This document shows, one piece after another, positions 23,219-36,274 of a DNA stretch of 64,000 nt. Source of the stretch: Tubulanus polymorphus (lineage: Eukaryota > Animalia > Nemertea); assembly GCF_964204645.1 (NCBI RefSeq), contig NC_134035.1:10076451-10140450 (forward strand), in the 5' to 3' direction. A program made the position numbers and the translations under genes. The number at the start of each line of letters is the position of its first letter. Position 1 is the stretch's first letter. The notes beneath the pieces are model-generated. The model did not search any database and was not told where the DNA came from. It was given only the letters and a program-made list of their open reading frames with translations.

Positions 23219-26200
23219 CCAACTTAGGAGATCTCACCGATAATGAACCCGGCAATCACAAAAGGTAACTTAATGTATTTGGAATTATTGCAATAAATTC
23301 TGAATGAAATATTTTGTCATTACAGGATATCTATTTTTGATCATTGCAGCTAAATTTCAACTATGAGAAAGAACCTAGCTTGAGAACAAACTACTCTGCC
23401 AAAATCGACCAACTTGCACAGCGCACAGATGGAGCCAACAGAATCGAACTCATTAACGCTCGAACTTTAGATGATCCACACCGATAACGAACCAAGCAAT
23501 CATAAAAGGTAACTTGATATACATGAAATTATTACGATTAATTCTTATTGAAATATTTTGTCATTAAAGGATATCTTCTTTTGATCATTGCAGCTAAATT
23601 TCAACTATGCGAAAAAACCCAGTTTGAGAACAACTATTAGTCAAAAATCGACCAACTTGAACGGCGCACAGCTAACTAGGATCGAACTCATTAACCAATC
23701 AACTAATAAGATAATCGCCAATAATGAAACCAGCAATCATAAAAGGTAACTTGATATACATGGAATTATTACGATTAATTCTCATTGAAATATTTTGTCA
23801 TTAAAGGATATCTTCTTTTGATCATTGCAGCTAAATTTCAACTATGCGAAAAAACCCAGTTTGAGAACAACTACTCGTCAAAAATCGACCAACTTGAACA
23901 GCGCACAGCCAACTAGGATCGAACTCATTAACCAATGAACTAATAAGATAATCGCCGATAATGAAACCAGCAATCATAAAAGGTAACTTGATATACATGG
24001 AATTATTACAATTAATTCTTATTGAAATATTTTGTCGTTACAGGATATCTTCTTTTGATCATTGCAGCTAAATTTGAACTATAAGAAAAAAACCCAGCTT
24101 GAGATCAACTACTTGTCCAAAATCGACCAACTGGAACAGCGCACAGATGAGGCCAACAGAATCGAACTCATTAACCCAGCAACTTTAGATGATCCACACC
24201 GATAACGAACCAAGCAATCATAAAAGGTAACTTGATATTGATGCAATTATTACGATTAATTCTTATTGAAATATTTTGTCATTAAAGATTATCTTCTTTT
24301 GATCGTTGCAGCTAAATTTCAACTATGCGAAAAAACCAAGTTTGAGAACAACCACTCGTCAAAAATTGACCAACTTGAACGGCGCACAGCCAACTAGGAT
24401 CGAACTCTTTAACCAATCGACTAATAAGATAATCGCCGATAATGAAACCAGCCATCATAAAAGGTAACTTGATATACATGGAATTATTACGATTAATTCT
24501 CATTGAAATATTTTGTCATTAAACGATATCTTCTTTTGATCATTGCAGCTAAATTTCAACTATGAGAAAAAACCCAGCTTGAGAACAACTACTCGCCCAA
24601 AATCGACCAACTGGTACAGCACACAGATGAGGCCAACAGAATCGAACTTATTAACCCACCAACTTTACATGATCCACATCGATAACGAGCCAAGCAATCA
24701 TAAAAGGTAACTTGATATACATGAAATTATTACGATTAATTCTTATTGAAATATTTTGTCATTAAAGGATATCTTCTTTTGATCATTGCAGCTAAATTTC
24801 AACTATGCGAAAAAACCAAGTTTGAGAACAACCACTCGTCAAAAATTGACCAACTTGAACGGCGCACAGCCAACTAGGATCGAACTCTTTAACCAATCGA
24901 CTAATAAGATAATCGCCGATAATGAAACCAGCCATCATAAAAGGTAACTTGATATACATGGAATTATTACGATTAATTCTTATTGAAATATTTTGTCATT
25001 AAAGGATATCTTCTTTTGATCATTGCAGCTAAATTTCAACTATGCGAAAAAACCCAGTTTGAGAACAACTACTAGTCAAAAATCGACCAACTTGAACGGT
25101 GCACAGCTAACTAGGATCGAACTCATTAACCAATCAACTAATAAGATAATCGCCGATAATGAAACCAGCAATCATAAAAGGTAACTTGATATACATGGAA
25201 TTATTACGATTAATTCTCATTGAAATATTTTGTCATTAAAGGATATCTTCTTTTGATCATTGCAGCTAAATTTCAACTATGCGAAAAAACCCAGTTTGAG
25301 AACAACTACTCGTCAAAAATCGACCAACTTGAACGGCGGGCAGATAACTAGGATCGAACTCATTAACTAATCGACTAATAAGATAATCGCCGATAAAGAA
25401 ACCAGCCATCATAAAAGGTAACTTGATACACATGGAATTATTACGATTAATTCTTATTGAAATATTTTGTCATCAAAGGATATCTTCTTTTGATCATTGC
25501 AGCTAAATTTGAACTATAAGAAAAAAACCCAGCTTGAGATCAACTACTTGTCCAAAATCGACCAACTTGAACAGCGCACAGATGAGGCCAACAGAATCGA
25601 ACTCATTAACCCAGCAACTTTAGATGATCCACACCGATAACGAACCAAGCAATCATAAAAGGTAACTTGATATTGATGCAATTATTACGATTAATTCTTA
25701 TTGAAATATTTTGTCATTAAAGATTATCTTCTTTTGATCGTTGCAGCTAAATTTCAACTATGCGAAAAAACCAAGTTTGAGAACAACCACTCGTCAAAAA
25801 TTGACCAACTTGAACGGCGCACAGCCAACTAGGATCGAACTCTTTAACCAATCGACTAATAAGATAATCGCCGATAATGAAACCAGCCATCATAAAAGGT
25901 AACTTGATATACATGGAATTATTACAATTAATTCTCATTGAAATATTTTGTCATTTAACGATATCTTCTTTTGATCATTGCAGCTAAATTTCAACTATGA
26001 GAAAAACCCAGCTTGAGAACAACTACTCGCCCAAAATCGACCAACTGGTACAGCACACAGATGAGGCCAACAGAATCGAACTTATTAACCCACCAACTTT
26101 ACATGATCCACATCGATAACGAGCCAAGCAATCATAAAAGGTAACTTGATATACATGAAATTATGACGATTAATTCTTATTGAAATATTTTGTCATTAAA

Positions 26201-28735
26201 GGATATCTTCTTTTGATCATTGCAGCTAAATTTCAACTATGAGAAAAAACCCAGCTTGAGAACAACTACTCGCCCAAAATCGACCAACTGGTACAGCACA
26301 CAGATGAGGCCAACAGAATCGAACTTATTAACCCACCAACTTTACATGATCCACATCGATAACGAGCCAAGCAATCATAAAAGGTAACTCGATATACATG
26401 GAATTATTACGATTAATTCTTATTGAAATATTTTGTCATTAAAGGATATCTTCTTTTGATCATTGCAGCTAAATTTGAACTATGCGAAAAAACCCAGTTT
26501 GAGAACAACTACTCGTCAAAAATCGACCAACTTGAACGGCGCACAGCCAACTAGGATCGAACTCATTAACCAATGAACTAATAAGATAATCGCCGATAAC
26601 GAACCAAGCAATCATAAAAGGTAACTTGATATACATGAAATTATTACGATTAATTCTTATTGAAATATTTTGTCATTAAAGGATATCTTCTTTTGATCAT
26701 TGCAGCTAAATTTCAACTATGCAAAAAAAACCCAGTTTGAGAGCAACTACTCGTCAAAAATCGACCAACTTGAACGGCGCACAGATAACTAGGATCGAAC
26801 TCATTAACCGATCAACTAATAAGATAATCGCCTATAATGAAACCAGCCATCATAAAAGGTAACTTGATATACATGGAATTATTACGATTAATTCTTATTG
26901 AAATATTTCGTCATTAAAGGATATCTTCTTTTAATCATTGCAGCTGAATTTCGACTATGAGAAAAAACCCAGCTAGAAAACAACTACTCGCTTAAAATCA
27001 ACCAACTTGAACAGTAAACAGATAAGGCCAACAGAATCGAACTCATTTTACCAACCAACTAATAAGATAATTGCCGATAACAAACCCCGCAATCATAAAA
27101 GGTAACTTGATATACATGAAATTATTACAATTAATTCTTATTGAAATATTTTGTCATAACAGGATATCTTCTTTTAATCATTGCAGCTAAATTTCAACTA
27201 TGTGAAAAAACCCAGTTTGAGAACAACTACTAGTCAAAAATCGACCAACTTGAACGGCGCTCTGCCAACTAGGATTGAACTCATTAACCAATCAACTAAT
27301 AAGATAATCGCCAATAACGAACCAAGCAATCATAAAAGGTAACTTGATATACATGGAATTATTACGATTAATTCTTATTGAAATATTTTGTCATTACAGA
27401 ATATCTTCTTTTAATCATTGCAGCTAAATTTCAACAATGCGAAAAAACCCAGTTTGAGAACAACTACTCGTCAAAAATCGACCAACTTGAACGGCGCACA
27501 GATAACTAGGATCGAACTCATTAACTAATCGACTAATAAGATAATCGCCGATAAAGAAACCAGCCATCATAAAAGGTTACTTGATACACATGGAATTATT
27601 ACGATTAATTCTTATTGAAATATTTTGTCATCAAAGGATATCTTCTTTTGATCATTGCAGCTAAATTTCAACTATGCGAAAAAACCCAGTTTGAGAACTA
27701 CTACTCGTCAAAAATCGACCAACTTGAACAGCGCACAGATGAGGCCAACAGAATCGAACTCATTAACGCGCAAACTTTAGATGATCCACGCCGATAACGA
27801 ACCAAGCACAGCCAACTAGGATCGAACTCATTAACCAATCAACTAATAAGATAATCGCCGATTATGAAACCAGCAATCATAAAAGGTAACTTGATACACA
27901 TGGAATTATTACAATTAATTCTTATTGAAATATTTTGTCATTAAAGGATATCTATTTTTGATCATTGCAGCTAAATTTCAACTATGAGAAAGAACCCAGC
28001 TTGAGAACAACTACTCTGCCAAAATCGACCAACTTGAACAGCGCACAGATGGAGCCAACAGAATCGAACTCATTAACCCAGCAACTTTAGATGATCCACA
28101 CCGATAACGAACCAAGCAATCATAAAAGGTAACTTGATATTGATGAAATTATTATGATTAATTCTTATTGAAATATTTTGTCATTAAAGATTATCTTTTT
28201 AATCATTGCAGCTAAATTTCAACTATGCGAAAAAACCAAGTTTGAGAACAACCACTCGTCAAAAATTGACCAACTTGAACGGCGCACAGCCAACTAGGAT
28301 CGAACTCTTTAACCAATCGACTAATAAGATAATCGCCGATAATGAAACCAGCCATCATAAAAGGTAACTTGATATACATGGAATTATTACGATTAATTCT
28401 TATTGAAATATTTTGTCATTAAAGGATATCTTCTTTTGATCATTGCAGCTAAATTTCAACTATGCGAAAAAACCCAGTTTGAGAACAACTACTAGTCAAA
28501 AATCGACCAACTTGAACGGCGCACAGCTAACTAGGATCGAACTCATTAACCAATCAACTAATAAGATAATCGCCGATAATGAAACCAGCTATCATAAAAG
28601 GTAACTTGATATACATGGAATTATTACGATTAATTCTCATTGAAATATTTTGTTATTAAAGGATATCTTCTTTTAATCATTGCAGCTAAATATCAACTGC
28701 GAGAAAAAACCCAGCTTGAGATCAACTACTCATCG
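23219..28735 (+). repeat. Tandem array, ~23 units of 237 bp (type A) and 243 bp (type B)
   Basis: AAAAGGTAACTTGAT recurs every 237 or 243 bp. A higher-order block repeats at a 1435-bp offset (ORFs at 24312 and 25747). Confidence 0.97.
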
Positions 28736-28877
28736 GAAAATCTACACGTAGATACTGATTGACCCATTTGCTGATGAAAACTGCAGAAGCCCAGACGGGA
28801 AGTTGAGGAGCCAGCAACAGAAATCACTCAACGATGGATTCTTCTACAAACGGTGGTTGATTTCTATAAAATATTTT

Positions 28878-29080
28878 ATCAGGAGCAGTAGAGAATATAG
28901 TGAATCTTATAAACATTGATTCAACCGACAAAGCTAATGGATTATCTCATTAACACTGATTCAGGATAAGCACTGTTTTAAAAGCAGCAAAGACAATAGT
29001 GTATCTTATTAGGATCAGCATTAACAATAGCGCATCTTATAAACACTGAGATACAGGAGCGGCAAAGACAATAGCGGATT
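28878..29080. repeat. Degenerate ~42-bp tandem repeat
   Basis: Units resembling CAGGAGCAGCAAAGACAATAGCGCATCTTATAAACACTGAT, about 4-5 decayed copies. Confidence 0.6.
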
Positions 29081-29739
29081 TCTGTCGTAAAGTATTGATT
29101 TTTTTACTTATCACCCTTTTTCAAACCAGTCTGATATAGTTATATATATATATGTTTTAAAGGAAATTATTTTATAATGTTTAATGCAATGTTAGAGTCT
29201 AATAAAAGCTAAGCTCCATTAATTCACGATATTGGTATTCGATCCTTGGTTGATAGAGAAGTCAAGTTAGGTTAGTCACTATGGGTAAATGGTTGCGTCG
29301 AGCACCTTGTTTGGGCTGCAGGTCTGATGAGTTAACTCCTAAACTGAGATATAGTTTCAACATGATATTGTGACTTTAATCTTTTAACTTTACCATAGTT
29401 GAAATAGTCAACTATGGCTATTTGTCCGTGTAGGTATCACATAATTAGGAAACAGAACATAACGTTAGGCCAGTGTTGATGTACAAATATTAAGTATTTG
29501 CTGAATTGTAGATGTATTTATTTGATGGATTTATATTTTCAAAGGCCCATGTAACTGATTTCACAATTTGAATCGTACATGTCGATTTTCAAATCGAGTT
29601 TTAACTTTGAGCCTCCATCAATCTGTTTGATGATCATCGCTACGTATTTAAAATCAAAAGCTTTATTTGAAAGGAGACCATTATTTACATTTGAGAGGTA
29701 AAGCTTGGAATAACAAGGCATAAAGTTATTGCTAGGACT

Positions 29740-29850
29740 AATTTTTAACGTTTTAACAATGTTTATAGCTGTTTGAACTTCTTTTATTGTAATGGGTAAA
29801 TCCATATCACGTGATGGCTCTCGTGAATTATCACTTAGCTTCAAATTGGG
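29740..29850 (-). mobile_element. L1/Tx1-like LINE fragment (pre-RT region)
   Basis: KLSDNSRE...DLPITIKEVQTAIN...KISPS resembles the 'PITxxEIxxAIxxLKxxKSPG' motif. A separate plus-strand CR1-type tail motif (VIHLWNNLP) lies at ~30175-30203. Confidence 0.5.
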
Positions 29851-30221
29851 TGTATAATGATTATCAAGGAGTGGCAGTGAATCGGTAGTGCGTTTCTAAA
29901 ATGGGCCCAGAAACTTTACAGTGAAAAAATGCCTGCAGTTGTAAATAGAGGAGTATAAATAATACATAATACAAATTACAAGTACATAAATTAATATAAA
30001 AATAAATAGAAAAAAACCAATAAATAATAAGTAGTAAATAATACAAAATACAAATACATACATAAATAGATAATATTAAATAATAGATAAAAATAATAAA
30101 CAACAATAGAAACAAACAACAAATTAATATTCTATTTACATGAAAAGGCATTTTTTCAAATATTTATCAACAAGGTTATTCATTTATGGAACAACCTTCC
30201 CTAAGTATAGCGAAAACCCTA

Positions 30222-30368
30222 GATCTTTTCTGTTGTTATTCAAAGCATTCTATCGGACTCAGTTATTGTAATGAACAAAACAAATAACCATAAACCTTAA
30301 CTAAAGCAAACACACTTAAAAAAATAACTGATATGATAGAATGCTTTGAATAACTGTGATGAAAGATC
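30222..30368. repeat. Foldback/MITE-like inverted repeat
   Basis: GTTATTCAAAGCATTCTATC..TCAGTTATT pairs with AATAACTGA..GATAGAATGCTTTGAATAAC; outer arms GATCTTT/AAAGATC. Confidence 0.75.
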
Positions 30369-30599
30369 GACCGTCCTTTCAACTAGCCGCGCTTAATCAC
30401 TGCTGTGACCGATGATTGTTATGCGGGAGTAGACTTACTATCTAAAATCTGGTACATACATTTTACTTTTTAGAAAGAATGTAAAACAGCTATAAACTTA
30501 CGTTATTGATGTTATTGATTAGTTACCGATTGTATGATTATGTTGATGTTTTCGAAGCTGCCAGAAAAAAAACACCAGAATACTTAGTATTTAATGCCA

Positions 30600-33050
30600 A
30601 GGTGCTTGGACATCTTTAAGTAAGGGCAAAGTAGGCAAAATTATAGTTTTCTAGCGAAAGTTATGATTAGTTGATTTCCAGAGTTAATCTGTATGTTCCA
30701 TCTCTAGTTTTAATGCTTTATGTTGGAAACTGTTATTGTAACACAGTTCGCATGTTTGGTAATTAGGAACTTGCATGATGATTCCTCGATTAAGATATTA
30801 TTGTTGTGTGAATACAACGATGTACATTTTCATCATTCATGTTGAAACTTTTTAGTTGTTAATTTCTATAGCAACAATTCCACTGTGGTGCTTTTCAGTG
30901 GTTCATAAAATACTGATTTAATTAGCAGGAGCATAGAATAGAAGGAGCAGTTTCTTGATAGGCTAACTCCAGGATACAGTGCTAATTGGTCAATTGTCCT
31001 AGCTTTGTTTTGATTATCAGTTTAACCACAACTGTGTGTGGCCTGTAATATCTGGACAAGAAGAATTTCTGATCTTTATATAGAGTTGTATTCATATCTA
31101 CTATCAAGTTGAATAATATAATTAAGAAGTTGCCGTAGCTTCGTCAGTCAAACGATATTTATATGAAGATACTCGATTTATCTTAAATCATTACGAAGAA
31201 AAACCTTTATAATAGTTTGCAGGGTTTGATCTAAGGAATAAATGCCACTTGACCTTGGGGCAAGCATATGTAATATCACTTGCCCCCTCAAAAATCAACT
31301 TGCCCTACATGAGTAGTCCGATTGAGACACAATCATCCCTTGCATCGAGTGGGATAAAAGCTTTGAGATATAGAATTACACAAACCCGGTGGACGAGTGA
31401 TTGTGATAACCTACATGCCCTAATGAAAATATACTAGTCCCGGGGAATTGGACTAGTGCTTAAATCAGACCCTGCTTTGTTTCAAATGTAACATTTGTGA
31501 AATAAGTTGAGTTGATAATTAGAAATCTCTCAGACGAGGAAAATTTTGGCAATGTTTTCAGTTTTCTTGTAATAACTAAAGAATAATTAGTTTACTCTAC
31601 GCTTTCCAGAGTGAGTGAATTTGTAGGTTTTATGTTGAACTGTTTTTTAAATAACTCATTTAACGGGGTATAATTGTTGTGTAAGAATAAAATGATACAT
31701 ATGTTTCGTCATTCATACTGTGGTGCTCATCAATGCGTTCATAAAATACTATTTTATTAAGGCCCTTATGGAAAATAGAGTAGCAAAATAGAGGAGCAGT
31801 CTCTTGATAAATGTGGATGACCAGTATTAATCAGTAGATTATGCTAGCTATGGACTCTAAAACCATGGTTTAACAATGTCTATATGGGTTCTGAAATATC
31901 TGCACAAGATGCACCTCAAAATGTTAGTTATTGAATCTTAACTTAATTGTAGCAAAGCCATTAGTTATTAGTAATTGCCCTAGCTCTATTCAAATTGGCA
32001 GTTGAACAATATTTATATACTCGATTTATATACTCTTGCTGAATGCATAGAAGAGAATACCTCCAAAATACTTTACATTAAATGTAACATCTGAGAAAAC
32101 CAATTTGATAATGTCTTGAAACCTCTTAAAGACAAGGCAAGGTGGCAAAACTAGTTATCTTGTAAAATAATGTTAATGAAAATTAAATCAAAGACTGTTT
32201 ATTTAATCTAATCTTTAGCTTTCCAGATTGAATTTGTGGTTTTATCTCCGGTTATAATGTTTTTATGTTGGAGACTTTTTTGAAATACAGGTCACGTTTT
32301 TGTAAATGACTGAGGCACCTCCTCCAGTACATGAATACCTGTTATTTAGGTATAATTGTTGTTGTGCAGATAAAATGACATGGTCATGTCAATTGTTCAT
32401 AGAACATTGATTTATTAAGGTCCTATCAAATAAAGTTGAGCTTTTTCTTGATAAATGAGATGTCCTCAATCGATGTCATTTGAAAAGTTGACATGATAGA
32501 TTCATATTTCATGAAATATAACAAAGTGTCGGTTATATTGAACTCATGAATTGTCAAATTCATAATCTTAGACTAGTCCAATTTTCGGTTTTTTATGGAT
32601 CAAAGTGTATAATTCTTTGTGTATTTTTATTATTTTCCTATTGATTCAAATTGTATAAATCAGCTGTAGTGGAAATGTATTGTAAAGACTTTTAAATACC
32701 TTACATGTAACTTTGTTTTAAGTAAATATGATATGTGAAAATAAAATGATGTAAGAATGTAAATCAGATTGATTACATAATCCTACGCTTTCCAGAGTAT
32801 TTGGCCAGGTTTATCTCTGGTTTTAGTGCGGGGAGCCATGGACTCACGGTTTAAGAGTCCATTAGAGTCTATGGTTGGACCATGGGCGTACATCTCGTTT
32901 ATAATCCAACGCCTATGGTGGTTGGACTAGTTGTTTTTGAAAGTCCACGTGTTTGAGGAGCTTACATTATAATTCCTCGAGCACAAACCTGGCATTATGT
33001 ATAATTGTTTTATGAGAATAAATATGATTGATTTTGAAATTTGTCATTCG
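30600..33050. repeat. Ancient decayed tandem array, 4 units of ~600-950 bp
   Basis: TTTCCAGA...TTTTATGTTG...TATAATTGTTGT...ATAAAATGA blocks at ~30675, 31603, 32220 and 32789, plus shared GGAGCAGTT-CTTGATA and AAATGTAACAT blocks. Confidence 0.7.
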
Positions 33051-33066
33051 ATTAGTTAAGCAACAA

Positions 33067-33276
33067 GTGTTACTAAAACGAAGCACTACTAAAAACGAAG
33101 ACTATATGCACCCGAGAAAACCGACGTCCAGGCAATTTACGTTTCCGACAGAGGTTGTACAGAGCGCCCGAAGTGGTGATTTCGAGTATCTTTGGACGTG
33201 TTTTTAGTCATGCATAGTTCTAATACCCCAAAGTGCATAGGTCTTCGTTTTAGTAGCGCATAGTTTTTAGTAACAC
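33067..33276. mobile_element. MITE with ~45-bp imperfect TIRs
   Basis: GTGTTACTAAAACGAAGCACTACTAAAAACGAAGACTATATGCAC / GTGCATAGGTCTTCGTTTTAGTAGCGCATAGTTTTTAGTAACAC. Confidence 0.75.
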
Positions 33277-33348
33277 CCCCATTTCACTGCCCTGCTTTAA
33301 AATTAACTGCTTTTCACGGCCGGCCCGTGAATCATTTTCACGAACCCA

Positions 33349-33509
33349 GGGCCACCTTCGGTTATCTGAGTTAGTCGACTATAGTCGAACTAAAACGAAA
33401 CCGAATGTCCGTTAGTCGGAACTATATTCCGGAAATAGTTCGAAAATCAAGCGCATTCGGTTATTAGTTCCGACCACTAGTCGACTAGATACGAAAACCG
33501 AATTTGGCC
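33349..33509. mobile_element. Foldback MITE
   Basis: GGCCACCTTCGGTTATC..TAGTCGACTA..ACCGAATG is mirrored by CATTCGGT..TAGTCGACTA..AAAACCGAATTTGGCC. Confidence 0.6.
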
Positions 33510-33514
33510 TCGAA

Positions 33515-34238
33515 GTGTCTCGATTTACGTTCCATGGACCGCTGTAAAGTCGATTTTTACACCAATGAAGAAAGAAACTACCAAAACTATCAGGCAACGC
33601 TTCTGCGGGCACCTGTACTACGTGTGGCTTCGAAAATATCGATATACAATTCAGGATGTCTCCGTTACAGCGCCGTCTAAATCTACCCTGCTTGAAGGAA
33701 CGGTCGTCAATAGTCAACAACGAACTTGAGATGGATAAACCAATCTCTACTGTCACTGACATACTGAACTGAACCAGCCATGCAGCAGAGGCCACGACAC
33801 CGGCAATTTGTTTGTTCACTTAAGATGATTAATTTATTATTCTGAACGTGACACTGGACATTAGCAGTCAATTTCATTGTGGTGAAAATATTATACGACA
33901 GGTAACTTCACTTCATTCTTTTAAAACTTGTGAACAGTAAATGAATACTTATTTACAAATATTCTGTTGATTGTCTATTGTAGGTCATTGATTGTGATCT
34001 GATGAATATTCTCTGAGATACAACTCAGGATTTCTTAAGATTTAGAAGTTATACGTATTATTAAATTGAGCTCAACATGCAGAGAATGAATTGTTGTTGT
34101 ATCATAGTCAGTTTGAAAAACGGATGGAACACGAATTGAAAAGTCAATCCAGGTTTAATTGTTAGTATATCGATATTGATTTAATTTCAGAAAGTATCGT
34201 CAATCACGAATCAAAGGGATTAAACGAATCCAGCACTA
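33515..34238 (+). pseudogene. Second copy of the 14808-15560 coding relic
   Basis: Colinear with 14808-15560. Stop codons occur in the conserved frame. Confidence 0.55.
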
Positions 34239-34971
34239 ATCGTCATGAAATGAGATTCCAAATAACGGTGAAACTCCTAGATTCTGATACAGTGATGATG
34301 TCTAAAGAGCTGGAATTTATGAATAACTATACGAGCGAGCATGCAATTGGAATTGAGATTGGATTGAGGCCTACTGTCTGGTAAAGACTTGGTCTTTGTG
34401 ATTCGAGTTAAGTTAGAGATATCAGTATCGTTCTGTTGTCACACAATTTGCAATGTCACAAAATACGTATGTCACCGTCTTGTCGGGCTGTCTGTATATT
34501 GAATAAGATTTTGTACTAGAAGTGGACAATAAATATAGAATAGCAATAAAAAGAGTTTGTCGTGATGGATTTTATACTCAATTTCTAGCAAAAATCATGT
34601 TTGGTCCGTGAGGAGAGGAAAATATTGCGAATATCCAGATGATCTGAATTACTGGTCTTTCCCAAGTCTGTCCCAACTCACTGTCTGTATCGAGAATATA
34701 AGTAGAGATGCTGCGGTGGATCCAAATATCTGATCTCACAAAACACTGACAAGGAGTTCAACTATTGTAAACTTTATTCAGACTTTAGTCATTTTCACAT
34801 CATCATAAACACAACAATTCACTGAATATATTCCACATACGGTTGATAAAGAAAGCATGTCCCCCTTCGGCCAAGTTCCTTCAGAATGACTATCACAGCT
34901 GAGCCCTTTTTCTTACCTACAAAATGAATAAGTATTAATTCAGTTGTCTGTTTGAAATCCGAGTAAATATC

Positions 34972-35115
34972 AGTAATAGGGAATATGGGCTTTCATACCA
35001 AAGGTCGAAAGGTCGAGCTCATAAAAAATAAATTCTCGCACGCTCGAATTTATTTTTATTTTTTACTCACTCTCCCCTTCAACCTTTCATATGAACCCCC
35101 ATATTCCCTATTACT
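34972..35115. repeat. ~145-bp foldback palindrome (non-autonomous DNA element-like)
   Basis: AGTAATAGGGAATATGGGCTTTCATA...AAAAAATAAATTC pairs with GAATTTATTTTT...TATGAACCCCCATATTCCCTATTACT. Confidence 0.75.
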
Positions 35116-36037
35116 CTAATAATTTCATATATATGAATAACATGGAATATGAATATTTTCTAAAATCAATTTTAATAAAAAATTTGTTATTAAAATGGAG
35201 AGTAAACCAATAAGGGTAAAAAAATATTCTAGAGCGATAGGTTTCAGCGAACTCTGACTATATTAAAAGTGTGAGTAAAATAATTTAGATTTTTTAATAT
35301 TAAAAGTGTGAGTAAAGTGTGAGTAAAATGATTTAGATTTTTTAATATAAATAATCTAGAAAAATTCATTTTCATAAAAGTTTTGTTACAAAAATGAAGA
35401 CAGAAGAAGAAGAACCTAAATTCAAAATCGGATAAAAGAAACTAATAACTTATTTTCATTATCTAACATCAAAAATTATATCTCAGCAACAAATTTAGTG
35501 TATGCAAGACAATATAAAATTGATAATATTACTATAGTTAATCAAATATTATCAAATGAAAAATATTTGATTACTGAACTAGTAGATACTTTTGATAATG
35601 GTGCTAGATGAAAACATAATGAACCAAGGACACCCCTGTACATCCTCTATACAGCATCAGGACCACTCTGAATCAGTGTCAGCAATTACTGGGTTCGGAC
35701 CAAGGACACCCCTGTACATCCTCTATACAGCATCAGGACGGCACTGAATCAGTATCAGTAATTACTGGGTTCGAACCCGGGACACCCCTGTACATCATAT
35801 ATACAGCAATAGGACCACTCTGAATCATTGTCAGTATTTACTGGGTTCGAACCCGGGATACTTCTGTACATCATCTATTCAGCATCGGGACAACTCTAAA
35901 TCATTGTCAGTAACGACTGGGTGCGAATCCAGGACCCCACAGTACATCATCTATTCAGCATCAGGACCATTCTGAATCAGTATCAGTAGTTACTGGGTTC
36001 GATCCCGGGACATCCGCTTAGTTTTATAATGATACAA

Positions 36038-36274
36038 TGATCGCCATCTATTGGATTTAGGCAGAACTGACTAGATAGCTCTTATTTGTCTCACTGACTC
36101 TTCTTTAATGCGTTGAAATCCCAATCGGCATCTGGTGGATTTCTATGCTACTACAGTCTAATGATGGTTATATCCACCAGATGGCGAGTGTGATTTTAAC
36201 CGATTAAAGAAGAGTCAGTGAGACAAGTAAGAGCTTTCTAATCAGTTCAGCCAAATTCCAATAGATGGCGATCA
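36038..36274. mobile_element. 237-bp foldback (MITE-like); first of 16 copies inside the satellite
   Basis: ~100-bp imperfect arms TGATCGCCATCTATTGGA...CATCTGGTGGAT / ATCCACCAGATG...TCCAATAGATGGCGATCA around a ~30-bp loop. Confidence 0.85.

Noticed and set aside
28760-28810. ENCRSPDG resembling a kringle NYCRNPDG motif
   Set aside because: No other kringle cysteines, no PWCY motif and no exon boundaries; probably chance.
29295-29360. CTGATGA-containing hammerhead candidate
   Set aside because: The second box reads GAGA, and stem III and the cleavage triplet cannot be placed.
35390-35450. EEEPKFKIG resembling a Polinton/Maverick integrase-adjacent motif
   Set aside because: Too short, immediately followed by a stop, and no other Polinton genes are nearby.
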